From the NCBI GenBank assembly GCA_964594115.1, contig CAZQLD010000003.1:4225-68224 (forward strand): 64,000 nt of DNA. The letters run 5' to 3'. Shown here one piece after another: positions 8,401-16,210 of this stretch. Positions within the stretch are counted from its first letter, which is position 1, and each line of letters begins with the position of its first letter. The stretch is from Candidatus Woesearchaeota archaeon (GTDB lineage: Archaea > Nanobdellota > Nanobdellia > Pacearchaeales > GW2011-AR1). A model generated the notes under the pieces. That model was not told where the DNA came from. It ran no database searches and saw nothing but the letters and a program-made list of their open reading frames with translations. The translations under genes were made by a program, and so were the position numbers.

Positions 8401-11151
8401 TTCACAAAAATCTTTATTAAGATTACCCATAGATTCATCTCCTTTTTTTGGGAGCTCTATATTCCCCCAAGTATAACACTCTTTTCTAATCTCCTCTTTA
8501 AATCTTCTTTCCATTTCCAGTCTATCAGTAACCTGTCCTTCAAAATCCAAAATATTAGTATTATTTACTAGCCCTTGTCTTGCTTGCTCTAACTTATCAT
8601 TAGTTTCTTCAATATAATTAGCGTAAATTCCAATATCTTTCTCAATATTAGAATTATGGCCAAGTAAACACTTTTGGACGCTACTATAAACCTCTCCATT
8701 CATAGCCTGCTCTCCACTTGAAACAATTTTCTCACAATAATCATTCCACCCTCCAGCTTTGGTCATAATCTCCTTTCTTGCCAGAGATTTTCCACTAAAT
8801 CCTTCAAACATATTTTTAGCCATTAGAATTGCAGAAGTTGCAAAACAAGCTCCTTTCAGACCTTTTACAACTTTTCCAAGCTTTTCATTGACCTCTCCCC
8901 ACTGCTCTATACTCTCCTGAATATTCACCATCATTTCTTCTGTTTTCTCTGGACTTAACTTTATACCTCTTTTTTCTATACCTATTTTAAAGCTAAAATT
9001 AGCATATGCTCTAGGTCCTCTTACTTCAGAATCTAAAACTAGTTTAGCCTGCTTTTTCATATTAATATTCACAAGCCTGACAGTAATATCTTCAAAAACT
9101 GTTTGTTGATTTTTATCTAAATCTAAGGTAGTAGAGCGGGAAATAAAACCAGCTGTCCCAGAACTAGGTTTTGTAAAGCTTAACTTAACATCATTATCAT
9201 CAATCTCAAGCACTTGTAATGAAGCTTTATCTTTTAAATCTAAAATACCATCTAATCCAACTCTCTCACTTTTTCCATCTATCAACAAATCAACACTCAA
9301 CTCCTCTTCTGTTGGCTTTTTAAAATCAAGCAAGTCAATAAAATGCCCCCTGTCTCTTAAATTAACTACAGCTTTTGCCTCACTCGAATCATATTTCAAA
9401 AGCCTCTGTTTATCACTTTCAGCTTTTCTTGTCCATGCAGAATCAGGATATTCCTTATAAAGCCTACTCAAAAACTCTTCTCTGTCTTCAGACATATTAA
9501 ACTCTTTTGCCAAACTTGCAGCCAGATATAAGGCTTCAGCAGCATACGGCTCAAAATAATCATCATCTATTCTTTTATCATAAGGATAAAAATCAACCAA
9601 ATCCCTATAATTTTTAATTGCCTCTTTATAATATTCATAAGATGGTTCATCTTCTTCCCATTCTTTATTTTTAATCACAGTTACTTCTGATAATTTAATT
9701 TTATAAGTTTTACTTGCCTTAACATCGTTATTATTTATAATATAGCTCCCAATACTGCCCTCTGAATTTCCCTCAATCACTGAAATATACTCTTTTGTCA
9801 TCTTTCTTCCACTATCCCTAACTCTCATTGAATACTCTCTGAGGATTTTATCTTTAATTTTATCTTGTAAAGCACTAAATTCTGAATCAGCGTTTTCTTT
9901 AGTAATAACCTCCTCAACAATAGAATAAACCCCCCTATAAGCAAAGCCTGATTCGCTTCCAGCCCAAGGATCAGAAACAAAAACAGCAAATTCTTTTTTC
10001 TTATCTTCTTTTCCCCAAGTTCCAACATAACCAAGATAAATATTTTCTCCTTCTATAATCTCCTCCCCAATCCTATAATCTACCTGATTGCCATCTATCT
10101 CCAAAGTAATTTTTCCAGGATTTAATCTTAAATCAAACCTGCCATCTTGAACAGAACAGCTTACACTAACTTTCCCACCTCCAGCATAAGCATCAACATC
10201 TTCTATAAGACACTTATTATCTAATATTCTGTCTCCTTTAGCAACCCAAATCTGCTGGTCATCAACTTGTAACAAAGCAGCCTCAACAGGAGCCATAATA
10301 TCCTCTACTTTAACTTTTAATCCTGCTGCACAATAAAAACCTCCCAAATAAATAGGGCTAGAAGTTTCTCCTTTTTTCAGTGTAACAGAAGACATCTTAG
10401 AATCAAAATCCCTATAAACAGAAACACTAACCCTATCACTCTCAATAGATTCTGTCTTAATGTAACCTTTTCCATTCCAAAAACTATATTGTTTATAGTA
10501 TCTTAACCAGTCCTCACTGCTTAATTCAGAAACATAAAAGCTTGTTCTTCCAATTCCTAATGCCCCTTCAACATCATAATCAATCACAGCTGTTAAGTTT
10601 CCACCCACCCAGTCAGGCATATCATCTTCAGAATCTTGTCTTTTTAAATTAACGACAAAATAGCCCATATTATCATCTATAGGTGTATCTGCTAAATCTC
10701 TAGTCTGTCTCAGATCAAATCTTGGAGGAAAGTAGGTTATTCCCGCAACCCCTTCAGGTCTTTCTCCTGGAAATGTAATTGACTTGACTCTTGAAACATC
10801 AATTAAAGGATTTGTCTGTATAAGCATTATTTTACAAAAAACAGGGACATTTCGCTCTTCTAACAAATCAGACCTTACAACAGCTGGCTCACATCCTCCA
10901 GGAGCTACTTGAACAATAAAATCTTGTCTTTCCCTGCAAACCTCTTTATCAAATCCAGGCCAATAAATACTCGGAGAAGTATAATCTACTCCACTAAAAG
11001 AACCTGGGCTATAATATTGTGTATTAATAGAATTTCCTATAACCTGATAATCTCCCACCTGGGCATCTGCAATTGAAAGACTCATAAATATCAAACCCAC
11101 CACTAATACAAAAAACAAACTCTCTGTTTCTATATTTTTATTTAGCGCCAT
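5416..11151 (-). CDS. Giant secreted cysteine-rich protein (1911 aa from the first ATG), function unknown
   Basis: Uninterrupted 5.7-kb ORF. The tracked start 11160 is TTG; the first ATG at 11151 gives MALNKNIETESLFFVLVVGLIFMSLSIADA (signal-like). It starts 1 nt after the stop of the upstream 647-aa ORF. No domain recognised. Confidence 0.75.
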   Translation of the reverse strand: MALNKNIETESLFFVLVVGLIFMSLSIADAQVGDYQVIGNSINTQYYSPGSFSGVDYTSPSIYWPGFDKEVCRERQDFIVQVAPGGCEPAVVRSDLLEERNVPVFCKIMLIQTNPLIDVSRVKSITFPGERPEGVAGITYFPPRFDLRQTRDLADTPIDDNMGYFVVNLKRQDSEDDMPDWVGGNLTAVIDYDVEGALGIGRTSFYVSELSSEDWLRYYKQYSFWNGKGYIKTESIESDRVSVSVYRDFDSKMSSVTLKKGETSSPIYLGGFYCAAGLKVKVEDIMAPVEAALLQVDDQQIWVAKGDRILDNKCLIEDVDAYAGGGKVSVSCSVQDGRFDLRLNPGKITLEIDGNQVDYRIGEEIIEGENIYLGYVGTWGKEDKKKEFAVFVSDPWAGSESGFAYRGVYSIVEEVITKENADSEFSALQDKIKDKILREYSMRVRDSGRKMTKEYISVIEGNSEGSIGSYIINNNDVKASKTYKIKLSEVTVIKNKEWEEDEPSYEYYKEAIKNYRDLVDFYPYDKRIDDDYFEPYAAEALYLAASLAKEFNMSEDREEFLSRLYKEYPDSAWTRKAESDKQRLLKYDSSEAKAVVNLRDRGHFIDLLDFKKPTEEELSVDLLIDGKSERVGLDGILDLKDKASLQVLEIDDNDVKLSFTKPSSGTAGFISRSTTLDLDKNQQTVFEDITVRLVNINMKKQAKLVLDSEVRGPRAYANFSFKIGIEKRGIKLSPEKTEEMMVNIQESIEQWGEVNEKLGKVVKGLKGACFATSAILMAKNMFEGFSGKSLARKEIMTKAGGWNDYCEKIVSSGEQAMNGEVYSSVQKCLLGHNSNIEKDIGIYANYIEETNDKLEQARQGLVNNTNILDFEGQVTDRLEMERRFKEEIRKECYTWGNIELPKKGDESMGNLNKDFCEWGSFEDMKDISTLYSTLNNPGASKVLKDATKTDLAKTALNAQNYHDWEEARVAAEEEAKNKGLGVRATLLDGDRITLANIKTLTNTDISTKYSVFGSEDDILKTGNKVMRVFIPASESFQATSFTAISDVKNAYTIVKLKEDDKGIYSFEKAYTIDGKTNNAIDKDVKDYLGLKKATQFKESNAKAYENKMANPGKLQVKYFDRAPYKGLPAEVPFDVNNGWYVKMEYILSGFGKPYDESGRAVNYYICNVGGNGVIEFKQKGDDICRYYNGISEELGFPGMDAGKSRELVGRAKQALVEASRYYGKEDAIINGRKFSTGISFGGEAGRCSDFMSPSDCNIMFNVCDPVICPSSRCDLGGEFPVDNVIQTGIIGSLVLCLPNFKEGIYIPVCLSGVHAGIDSYLSILKAHRDCLNESLETGRHIGICDEIKSIYLCEFFWKQLVPFADIIIPRLIESFFSQGVRGGGEYLTVQSAWDNTQSAIDYFKNDYAINSMEAFTHRSTEEAGTEICKSFVSTTYPTDFDLLTEPDSPVQYHAWFDENVLTTATPYPTSHYKVYYHIYAGNDRGAYYVVYLKDIPDELASVYVYTSETYVVDRGYLAKGAHVDEARDFIAPSGYKQLCLNINGQDECDFGKVSTSFAINYISDQYAKEQAEQQITTSRECVAGTPSLLSLAQPNLQAGAEEFAEPELYNQGIVRVCSTYNPGKQVSAKEEYDTTNSTYDRWKEVGYCDDPLLKCWLDTDSVKNVIQNKEIETQVLHEVDTSVIGAKDYLTPKRSREIASDAEEFIENIAGKIKKGETRKEVIENEIKTTVEELDELAYLAPSSSHRARGFLLLGRLYGEIVKIIKPETSDNRGAVITSGGGAAEKPVPEGGTETAENPVEKPEEKIIVGTTEWTDSMLEEDVVISMKKLNPYAESLYKYEKGKWYNRSQDGSWILEEGDLKELGYLKGVGKLVELTTFLGGYIKVEKITIMNIGNTDKEMLEKVLNILKK

Positions 11152-11152
11152 T

Positions 11153-13096
11153 TTATCCAAATTCTACGCCCAACTGATTTATTTCAACATTATTATAATT
11201 AATTTGCAAGTCTTCTACATTGTTAGGAACCCCAAAATTTTCTGAATTAATAATTAAATTTCCTGTTTGCAATTCAGATTCAGTAACATAGTGCTTTTGA
11301 GTTCCTCCTCCTGAAACCGCAAAGCTCACAATCTGGTCAGGAATCTCTAATGTGAAACACTTTTTCTCACTCGCTCCAAAAATTCCAAAAATTCCAGATT
11401 TAGGAACATCAACACACTTTTCAGTTAAACTTCCTTGGAGATTAATAATTGAATCAGTATAAACATAAACCTTGATTTCATACTCCCCTTCAGTTAGTTC
11501 AACTTCTTGTTGTTCTGGATAAACTACAGTAACTGTTTCTTCATCTTTGACAAAAGTAAGAACTGCATAGTCTTCTGTCAACTTTTTATATGCTTTCTGA
11601 ACCTCTAAATTAAGTTTATATTTTTTATCTAAAACTATAAATGCTGTACCATTTCTAAGGGTTGAAATTAGATATTTCTGAGATTTATAGCCTTCAGAAC
11701 TTGCTAATATAAATCCATTAACACACTGCGGAAACTCAGAAGTTAAAACAGCATCTCCTCCAAAAATCTCTGTATTTCCAATATAACAGGTTGTGTCAAA
11801 GCACTTAAATTTAATCTGAGCTTCAAGCGGATCTAATTTACTATCATAAGTATAAACACTCATTTCTGTTAGCTTATGCTGACATAATTCTGGAACAACA
11901 TTAGGCAAACCCTCAACATCCAAAGCCTCTCTTGGCTTGTTTTTATCTATAACAACCCCTATTGGAAACTGAAACATCTCTTCAGAATCATAAATCTGTA
12001 TAAGAACAGGATAAGCAACATCATAAACAAAATGATATGGAACATAGCAAAAACCTAAAACACCAAGACCTTCTTGCAAACCAACAGGCTCTGCTAACAA
12101 AATCCCTTCTTCAGAAGGCCAAACCTCTATTTTCATAGGCCAATCTCTTAAATATAAAAAGTTAACACTCTCTCCTTCTCCACCTACATCTTCCCCAATA
12201 TCTTGGACAAAATACTTCCCATCTTTTCCAAGAAAATAATAATTACCTTTAACTTTCATTGCAGGAACATTTGCCTCCAAAGCAGTGACTAAATCTTCTC
12301 TAACATCTTCAACAAGCCAAACTTTTGGAGAGCATCCAATTTCACTTCCATCAACCGGGGCATAAAGCCTTAAAAAATCAACAGCATAATTTTCTAAAAA
12401 CAATTTCTTTTCTTCTTCCTCATAAATCTTCTTTGCAATATCATAAAACCTGCCCAATCTTGAGCTAACAGAAAGCTTATGGCTTGTTTGCCTTCCTGTT
12501 GTCTCACCATAAGAGACTATCAAAGGCATTTCCAAATCTACTTTAATTTCTCTGTCTTTAATCTCTACTTCTGCCTCTGGTTCTCCTGCCTCAACAACAA
12601 ATCCCTGCAGCTCAAAATCTCTAAAACTACACTCTTTTATCCTATCCTCAAGATAGTCTGCCATTTGAACCTGCATTTTTTCCTTACTAGGAACTCGCTC
12701 TTTTGCAATACCATTTCCAGAAACATAATACCAGTAAGGAATACCAAATCCTAAAAAGTCAAGCTGTGAAGAAAAAGGCATATAGTCCGAGCCAGGTTCA
12801 AACTCTGGAAGTTCTAAATAACCTGCCTGACTGCCCATTAACGAAGCTGCAATTTTTGTCTCATCCTCTATACAAGATAAAAAATAATTATAAACAGGAG
12901 CGACCTCACGAGGCAAAACACTAGGCACAATCCTGTCTTTCAGTAAAACATATGCTACAACAGAAGCAACAATTAAGATTGCTATAATTACAAAAACTGT
13001 AACCTGTGAGCGCTTTGATTCAACAACTGTTTTATAATTATTAAAAATAGAAACGCGAGTTCTTCTTTTATTTTTAATTTCAAAATTATTTGCCAT
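11153..13096 (-). CDS. N-terminally anchored 647-aa protein, function unknown, co-transcribed with the giant ORF
   Basis: ATG at 13096. Single TM segment VTVFVIIAILIVASVVAYVLL followed by a large non-hydrophobic domain. Tightly packed between a 45-aa ORF and the giant ORF. Confidence 0.7.
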   Translation of the reverse strand: MANNFEIKNKRRTRVSIFNNYKTVVESKRSQVTVFVIIAILIVASVVAYVLLKDRIVPSVLPREVAPVYNYFLSCIEDETKIAASLMGSQAGYLELPEFEPGSDYMPFSSQLDFLGFGIPYWYYVSGNGIAKERVPSKEKMQVQMADYLEDRIKECSFRDFELQGFVVEAGEPEAEVEIKDREIKVDLEMPLIVSYGETTGRQTSHKLSVSSRLGRFYDIAKKIYEEEEKKLFLENYAVDFLRLYAPVDGSEIGCSPKVWLVEDVREDLVTALEANVPAMKVKGNYYFLGKDGKYFVQDIGEDVGGEGESVNFLYLRDWPMKIEVWPSEEGILLAEPVGLQEGLGVLGFCYVPYHFVYDVAYPVLIQIYDSEEMFQFPIGVVIDKNKPREALDVEGLPNVVPELCQHKLTEMSVYTYDSKLDPLEAQIKFKCFDTTCYIGNTEIFGGDAVLTSEFPQCVNGFILASSEGYKSQKYLISTLRNGTAFIVLDKKYKLNLEVQKAYKKLTEDYAVLTFVKDEETVTVVYPEQQEVELTEGEYEIKVYVYTDSIINLQGSLTEKCVDVPKSGIFGIFGASEKKCFTLEIPDQIVSFAVSGGGTQKHYVTESELQTGNLIINSENFGVPNNVEDLQINYNNVEINQLGVEFG

Positions 13097-13223
13097 TTTT
13101 CTTCTCTTTTTTAATTCTCTTTTTTATTAGATCCATAATCTCTGTATTAATATCTTTCTCTAATAATTCTTTAAATTTCCCCCACATTTCTTCATCTTCT
13201 ATTAAAAGTAAGTATTTTTTCAT
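13086..13223 (-). CDS. Candidate 45-aa ribbon-helix-helix-like protein (below ORF-track cutoff)
   Basis: Hand translation: MKKYLLLIEDEEMWGKFKELLEKDINTEIMDLIKKRIKKEKKNGK. Beta-strand then two short helices, basic tail. Overlaps the 647-aa ORF start by 11 nt. TATA about 26 nt upstream of its ATG. Confidence 0.35.
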   Translation of the reverse strand: MKKYLLLIEDEEMWGKFKELLEKDINTEIMDLIKKRIKKEKKNGK

Positions 13224-13244
13224 TTTTCTCTTTTTTCGTTGTAA

Positions 13245-13254
13245 TTTTATATAA
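13245..13254 (-). promoter_or_regulatory. TATA box (sense TTATATAAAA) for the 45-aa ORF / giant-gene operon
   Basis: The centre lies about 26 nt upstream of the ATG at 13223, matching the leaderless spacing seen elsewhere in the window. Confidence 0.45.
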
Positions 13255-13274
13255 TACAATGTTTTTAAATCTTT

Positions 13275-13303
13275 CTTAGTAACTTAGTAACTAAGTTACT
13301 AAG
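13275..13303. promoter_or_regulatory. Perfect 29-nt palindrome (14-bp arms, 1-nt centre): CTTAGTAACTTAGT-A-ACTAAGTTACTAAG
   Basis: All 14 arm pairs verified base by base. Sits about 20 nt upstream of the operon TATA box. Contains tandem TTAGTAAC units. Confidence 0.5.
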
Positions 13304-13352
13304 TAAATTTCATTGTAGAAAGCGTATGGAAATTTTTTGAAAAAGATAAAAT

Positions 13353-13602
13353 TTAATCTTTCACTCTAAAAGTTACCTTAAACTTATCATCAAATGAAAC
13401 CTTACCTAACATATTAAACTGATTCTTAGTAACAGGCAATTCAAAATCAGGAAAAATAGCAATATATGTTATTCCAGAATCTTTTTTTGCATACTATAAG
13501 ATATGCTTTCTTCTAAAAGTTTCCTTCTTCCACTAAGTGTTATTTCACCTTCAGCTAATTGGCCTATATTTTTGGTTTTTGATGATGTCAAATAAACATT
13601 AA
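13353..13602 (-). pseudogene. Possible decayed gene fragment (two frames joined at an A7/T7 run)
   Basis: Minus-strand frames read ..LTSSKTKNIGQLAEGEITLSGRRKLLEESISYSM and then AKKDSGITYIAIFPDFELPVTKNQFNMLGKVSFDDKFKVTFRVKD*. The frame changes at the T7 run 13482..13488. No ATG start. The region is otherwise ORF-free. Confidence 0.2.
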
Positions 13603-13693
13603 CTTAGTTAAAAATACATTATAAATTTTTATATACTCTAAAACATAACTAAAAAGATAAAATTTATAACCTCTTTTAGTTATCTCTGTGTAA

Positions 13694-13826
13694 GGTCCTG
13701 TGGTCTAGTGGTTATGACACTTCCTTGACGATGTAAGGAACCTAGGTTCCTTGACAATCATCTTCATAAGATTGTCATAATACATCAAAATGGAAGAGAT
13801 CCCAAGTTCGATTCTTGGCAGGACCA
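13694..13826 (+). tRNA. tRNA-Val (anticodon GAC) with 60-nt intron at 37/38 (intron 13731..13790)
   Basis: Exons give a 73-nt cloverleaf: acceptor GGTCCTG/CAGGACC, anticodon stem CTTCC/GGAAG, T arm CCAAG-TTCGATT-CTTGG. A bulge-helix-bulge is readable: outer TGTA/TACA, bulge CGA, central TTGA/TCAA, bulge AAT. Confidence 0.85.
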
Positions 13827-13873
13827 TTTTACCTAAATAAATAAATTTATAAATTCCAAATCTCTATAGTAAT

Positions 13874-14116
13874 ATGGTTATTAAAAAAAGAGGGAAATAT
13901 TGCCCAAAATGTGGAGCAAAATTAAAACAAAAAGACCAATACTGCACTGCTTGTGGCTATAGCTTTAAAAAAAGAAAAAAAGAACTTAACATAAGAAATT
14001 TAATAATTCTGATAATAATTATCATCGTAGCCTGGTTATTAATAAGGCTTATCAGCGGAAACCCGCTAATTCCCCAGCCATTACTTGATATTTTTACAAA
14101 TAATACTTCAGGATAA
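13874..14116 (+). CDS. Zinc-ribbon membrane protein
   Basis: CPKCGAKL..CTACGYSF zinc ribbon followed by one TM segment LIILIIIIIVAWLLIRLI. Confidence 0.55.
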   Translation: MVIKKRGKYCPKCGAKLKQKDQYCTACGYSFKKRKKELNIRNLIILIIIIIVAWLLIRLISGNPLIPQPLLDIFTNNTSG

Positions 14117-14147
14117 TGTTTAAAAAGCCTTTTCTTTTCTGATTTTT

Positions 14148-14477
14148 ATGAAATTACCTAAAACAATAAAGCGGCACTGCCCTTTTTGCAAGAAACATAC
14201 AGAACATAAAATTAGCCAGGTCTCTACAGGGCACAAAAGAGGTTCTTTAAAAAAAGGCTCTAAAGAAAGAGCAAGAAAAAGAGGAAGAGCAAGAGGATAT
14301 GGAAATTTGGGCAAATGGAATAAACCAGCTGTAACAAAATTCAAAAGAAAGACAAAATCAACTAAAAAAACCAACCTCTTATATACCTGCCAGGTCTGTA
14401 AAAAGGCTCACGGTCAAAAAAAAGGAAAAAGAGCAGGAAAAGTCCAAATAGAAGCAAAGGAGGAAAAGAAAAAATAA
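14148..14477 (+). CDS. rpl44e: 50S ribosomal protein L44e
   Basis: KTIKRHCPFCKKHTEHK...YTCQVCKKAH four-Cys pattern and a highly basic sequence. TATA at 14119..14126. Confidence 0.9.
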   Translation: MKLPKTIKRHCPFCKKHTEHKISQVSTGHKRGSLKKGSKERARKRGRARGYGNLGKWNKPAVTKFKRKTKSTKKTNLLYTCQVCKKAHGQKKGKRAGKVQIEAKEEKKK

Positions 14478-14478
14478 A

Positions 14479-15159
14479 ATGCCCCAAAAGAAAAAATTCT
14501 TCAAAGTTGAAATTCCTTTGACAAATTCAACAGTAGAACTACTTGCATATTCTATAGAATCCCTAAATAAAAGAACAATAAAACTAGATTTAACAAGACA
14601 GCTAAGAGGTAAAAGTATGGAGGTTGTTTTTCAGGTAAAAGTAGAAAACAACAAAGCTACTGCAAACCCTATAAAGCTAACCCTACTACCTTTTTTTATT
14701 AGAAGAATGTTAAGGAAAAATATAAGTTATGTGGAGGATTCTTTTTCTGCAGAGTGCCAAGATGCTCAAATAAGAATAAAACCTTTTCTTATTGCAAGAA
14801 AAAAAGTATCAAGAGCAGTAAGAAAAACTTTAAGACAAGAAGCAAAAAACTGGTTGGGAGATTATGTTAAAAATAAACCCCACAAAGATGTTTTCTCAGA
14901 TATCATAGGAAACAGACTTCAAAAACCCCTCTCTTTAAAACTCAAAAAAATTTATCCTCTTGCACTTTGCGAAATAAGAATGCTAAAAATTGAAAAATTA
15001 AAAGAGCAAGAGAAATTAAAAGTCACACTAGAAAAAGTGAAGAAAAAAGAAGAAAAAGTTGAAGAAACTAAAAAAGCAGAAGAAAAGCCAAAGGAAAAAG
15101 TTGAGAAAGCAGAAGAAAAGCCTAAAGAAGAAAATAAAGAAGAGGAAAAGAAAAAGTAA
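14479..15159 (+). CDS. rps3ae: 30S ribosomal protein S3Ae with Lys/Glu-rich C-terminal tail
   Basis: KKFFKVEIP.., FIRRMLRKNISYVED and KKIYPLALCEIRMLKIEK align by eye with archaeal S3Ae (..KKIYPLRKAEIRKTKV..). Confidence 0.75.
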   Translation: MPQKKKFFKVEIPLTNSTVELLAYSIESLNKRTIKLDLTRQLRGKSMEVVFQVKVENNKATANPIKLTLLPFFIRRMLRKNISYVEDSFSAECQDAQIRIKPFLIARKKVSRAVRKTLRQEAKNWLGDYVKNKPHKDVFSDIIGNRLQKPLSLKLKKIYPLALCEIRMLKIEKLKEQEKLKVTLEKVKKKEEKVEETKKAEEKPKEKVEKAEEKPKEENKEEEKKK

Positions 15160-15160
15160 A

Positions 15161-15649
15161 ATGATTCAGCAAACACTAGTTCTAATTAAACCAGATGGAG
15201 TTCAGAGAGGACTTATTGGAGAGATTATTAAAAGGTTTGAACAAAGAGGGCTAAAAATGGTTGCAATGAAAATGGCCAATGTAGAAAAAAGCCTTGCAGA
15301 AAAGCATTATACAGAGAGTATAACAAAAAAACACGGGGAAAGAGTAAGAGATTATCTCATAAATTACTTAACTTCAGATCCTGTAATCGCAATAATAATC
15401 CAAGGTAGCAGTGCAATAGAAACAGTAAGAAAAATTGTTGGTTCTACATATCCTGGAGAAGCAGCCATAGGAACAATTAGGGGGGATTTTGCCCACGCAA
15501 GCAAGCAGTATGTTAAAAAATTCCAAAAAGGAAAAAATCTTGTCCATGCTTCTGAAAATGAAGAAGCTGCAAAAAAGGAAATTGCGCTATGGTTCTCAGT
15601 GGATGAAATTCATGACTATAAGTTAAGTTATGATGAGCATATTATTTAA
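15161..15649 (+). CDS. ndk: Nucleoside diphosphate kinase
   Basis: MIQQTLVLIKPDGVQRGLIGEIIKRFEQRGLK, TIRGDFA, NLVHASEN (catalytic His). The tracked N-terminal extension from 15059 overlaps the S3Ae tail and is rejected. Confidence 0.9.
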   Translation: MIQQTLVLIKPDGVQRGLIGEIIKRFEQRGLKMVAMKMANVEKSLAEKHYTESITKKHGERVRDYLINYLTSDPVIAIIIQGSSAIETVRKIVGSTYPGEAAIGTIRGDFAHASKQYVKKFQKGKNLVHASENEEAAKKEIALWFSVDEIHDYKLSYDEHII

Positions 15650-15657
15650 ACAAAATC

Positions 15658-16074
15658 TTAGAAATCAATTTCTTTTAAACTAAAATCAGCCCCTCGTAGG
15701 GAATCATGATATTGAATAACTTTAAAATGGCATGCCCCAGAATTCCTTGCCCCATCTATATCTTTATCAGAATCTCCTATAACTAACAATTCTTCTGCAT
15801 TTATTTTATAATCTTTTATTATTTTTGAAAAATCTTTAGGAGTTTGTTTTAACTCATAAAATCTGTCAAACGCCTCCACATTAACCCCAGACTCTTTTAA
15901 ATCTATTTTTAAGTTTATCAAATCTGCATCAGATGCTCCAACTACTTTAATTCTTTTATCTCCACATTTGCGAAAAAATCCTTCCAAGCCCTTTCTTGGA
16001 GGCAACAAATTCTCAGCATCCTCGCTAGCTAAAACTGTTCCATAAATATCTAAAGCGATAACTTTAATTACCAT
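15658..16074 (-). CDS. HAD-superfamily hydrolase-like protein
   Basis: IALDIYGTV (motif I with the second Asp replaced by Tyr) and GDSDKDIDGA (motif IV). First ATG at 16074; the tracked start 16086 is GTG. Confidence 0.55.
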   Translation of the reverse strand: MVIKVIALDIYGTVLASEDAENLLPPRKGLEGFFRKCGDKRIKVVGASDADLINLKIDLKESGVNVEAFDRFYELKQTPKDFSKIIKDYKINAEELLVIGDSDKDIDGARNSGACHFKVIQYHDSLRGADFSLKEIDF

Positions 16075-16125
16075 ACTAACACACACCCAAAATACTTTTA
16101 AACCTTTTATTATTCTAATTCTTAG

Positions 16126-16200
16126 GCCTCAGTAGCTCAGTTGGTTTAGAGCAATTGCCTTGTAAGCAATAGGTCGCAGGTTCGAATCCTGCCTGAGGCT
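16126..16200 (+). tRNA. tRNA-Thr (anticodon TGT)
   Basis: Acceptor GCCTCAG/CTGAGGC, anticodon stem ATTGC/GCAAT with loop CTTGTAA, T arm GCAGG-TTCGAAT-CCTGC. Confidence 0.9.
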
Positions 16201-16210
16201 TTTCAAAGAA

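Noticed and set aside
13694-13826. Two-intron model for tRNA-Val using the second TTCCTTGAC copy as the real anticodon arm
   Set aside because: It would leave a G-G mismatch at 27-43 and lacks bulge-helix-bulge geometry. The single 60-nt intron gives a textbook BHB at 37/38.
15059-15160. N-terminal extension of ndk in the ORF track
   Set aside because: It is a Lys-rich read-through of the S3Ae tail region in another frame. A conserved NDK N-terminus begins at ATG 15161, right after the S3Ae stop.
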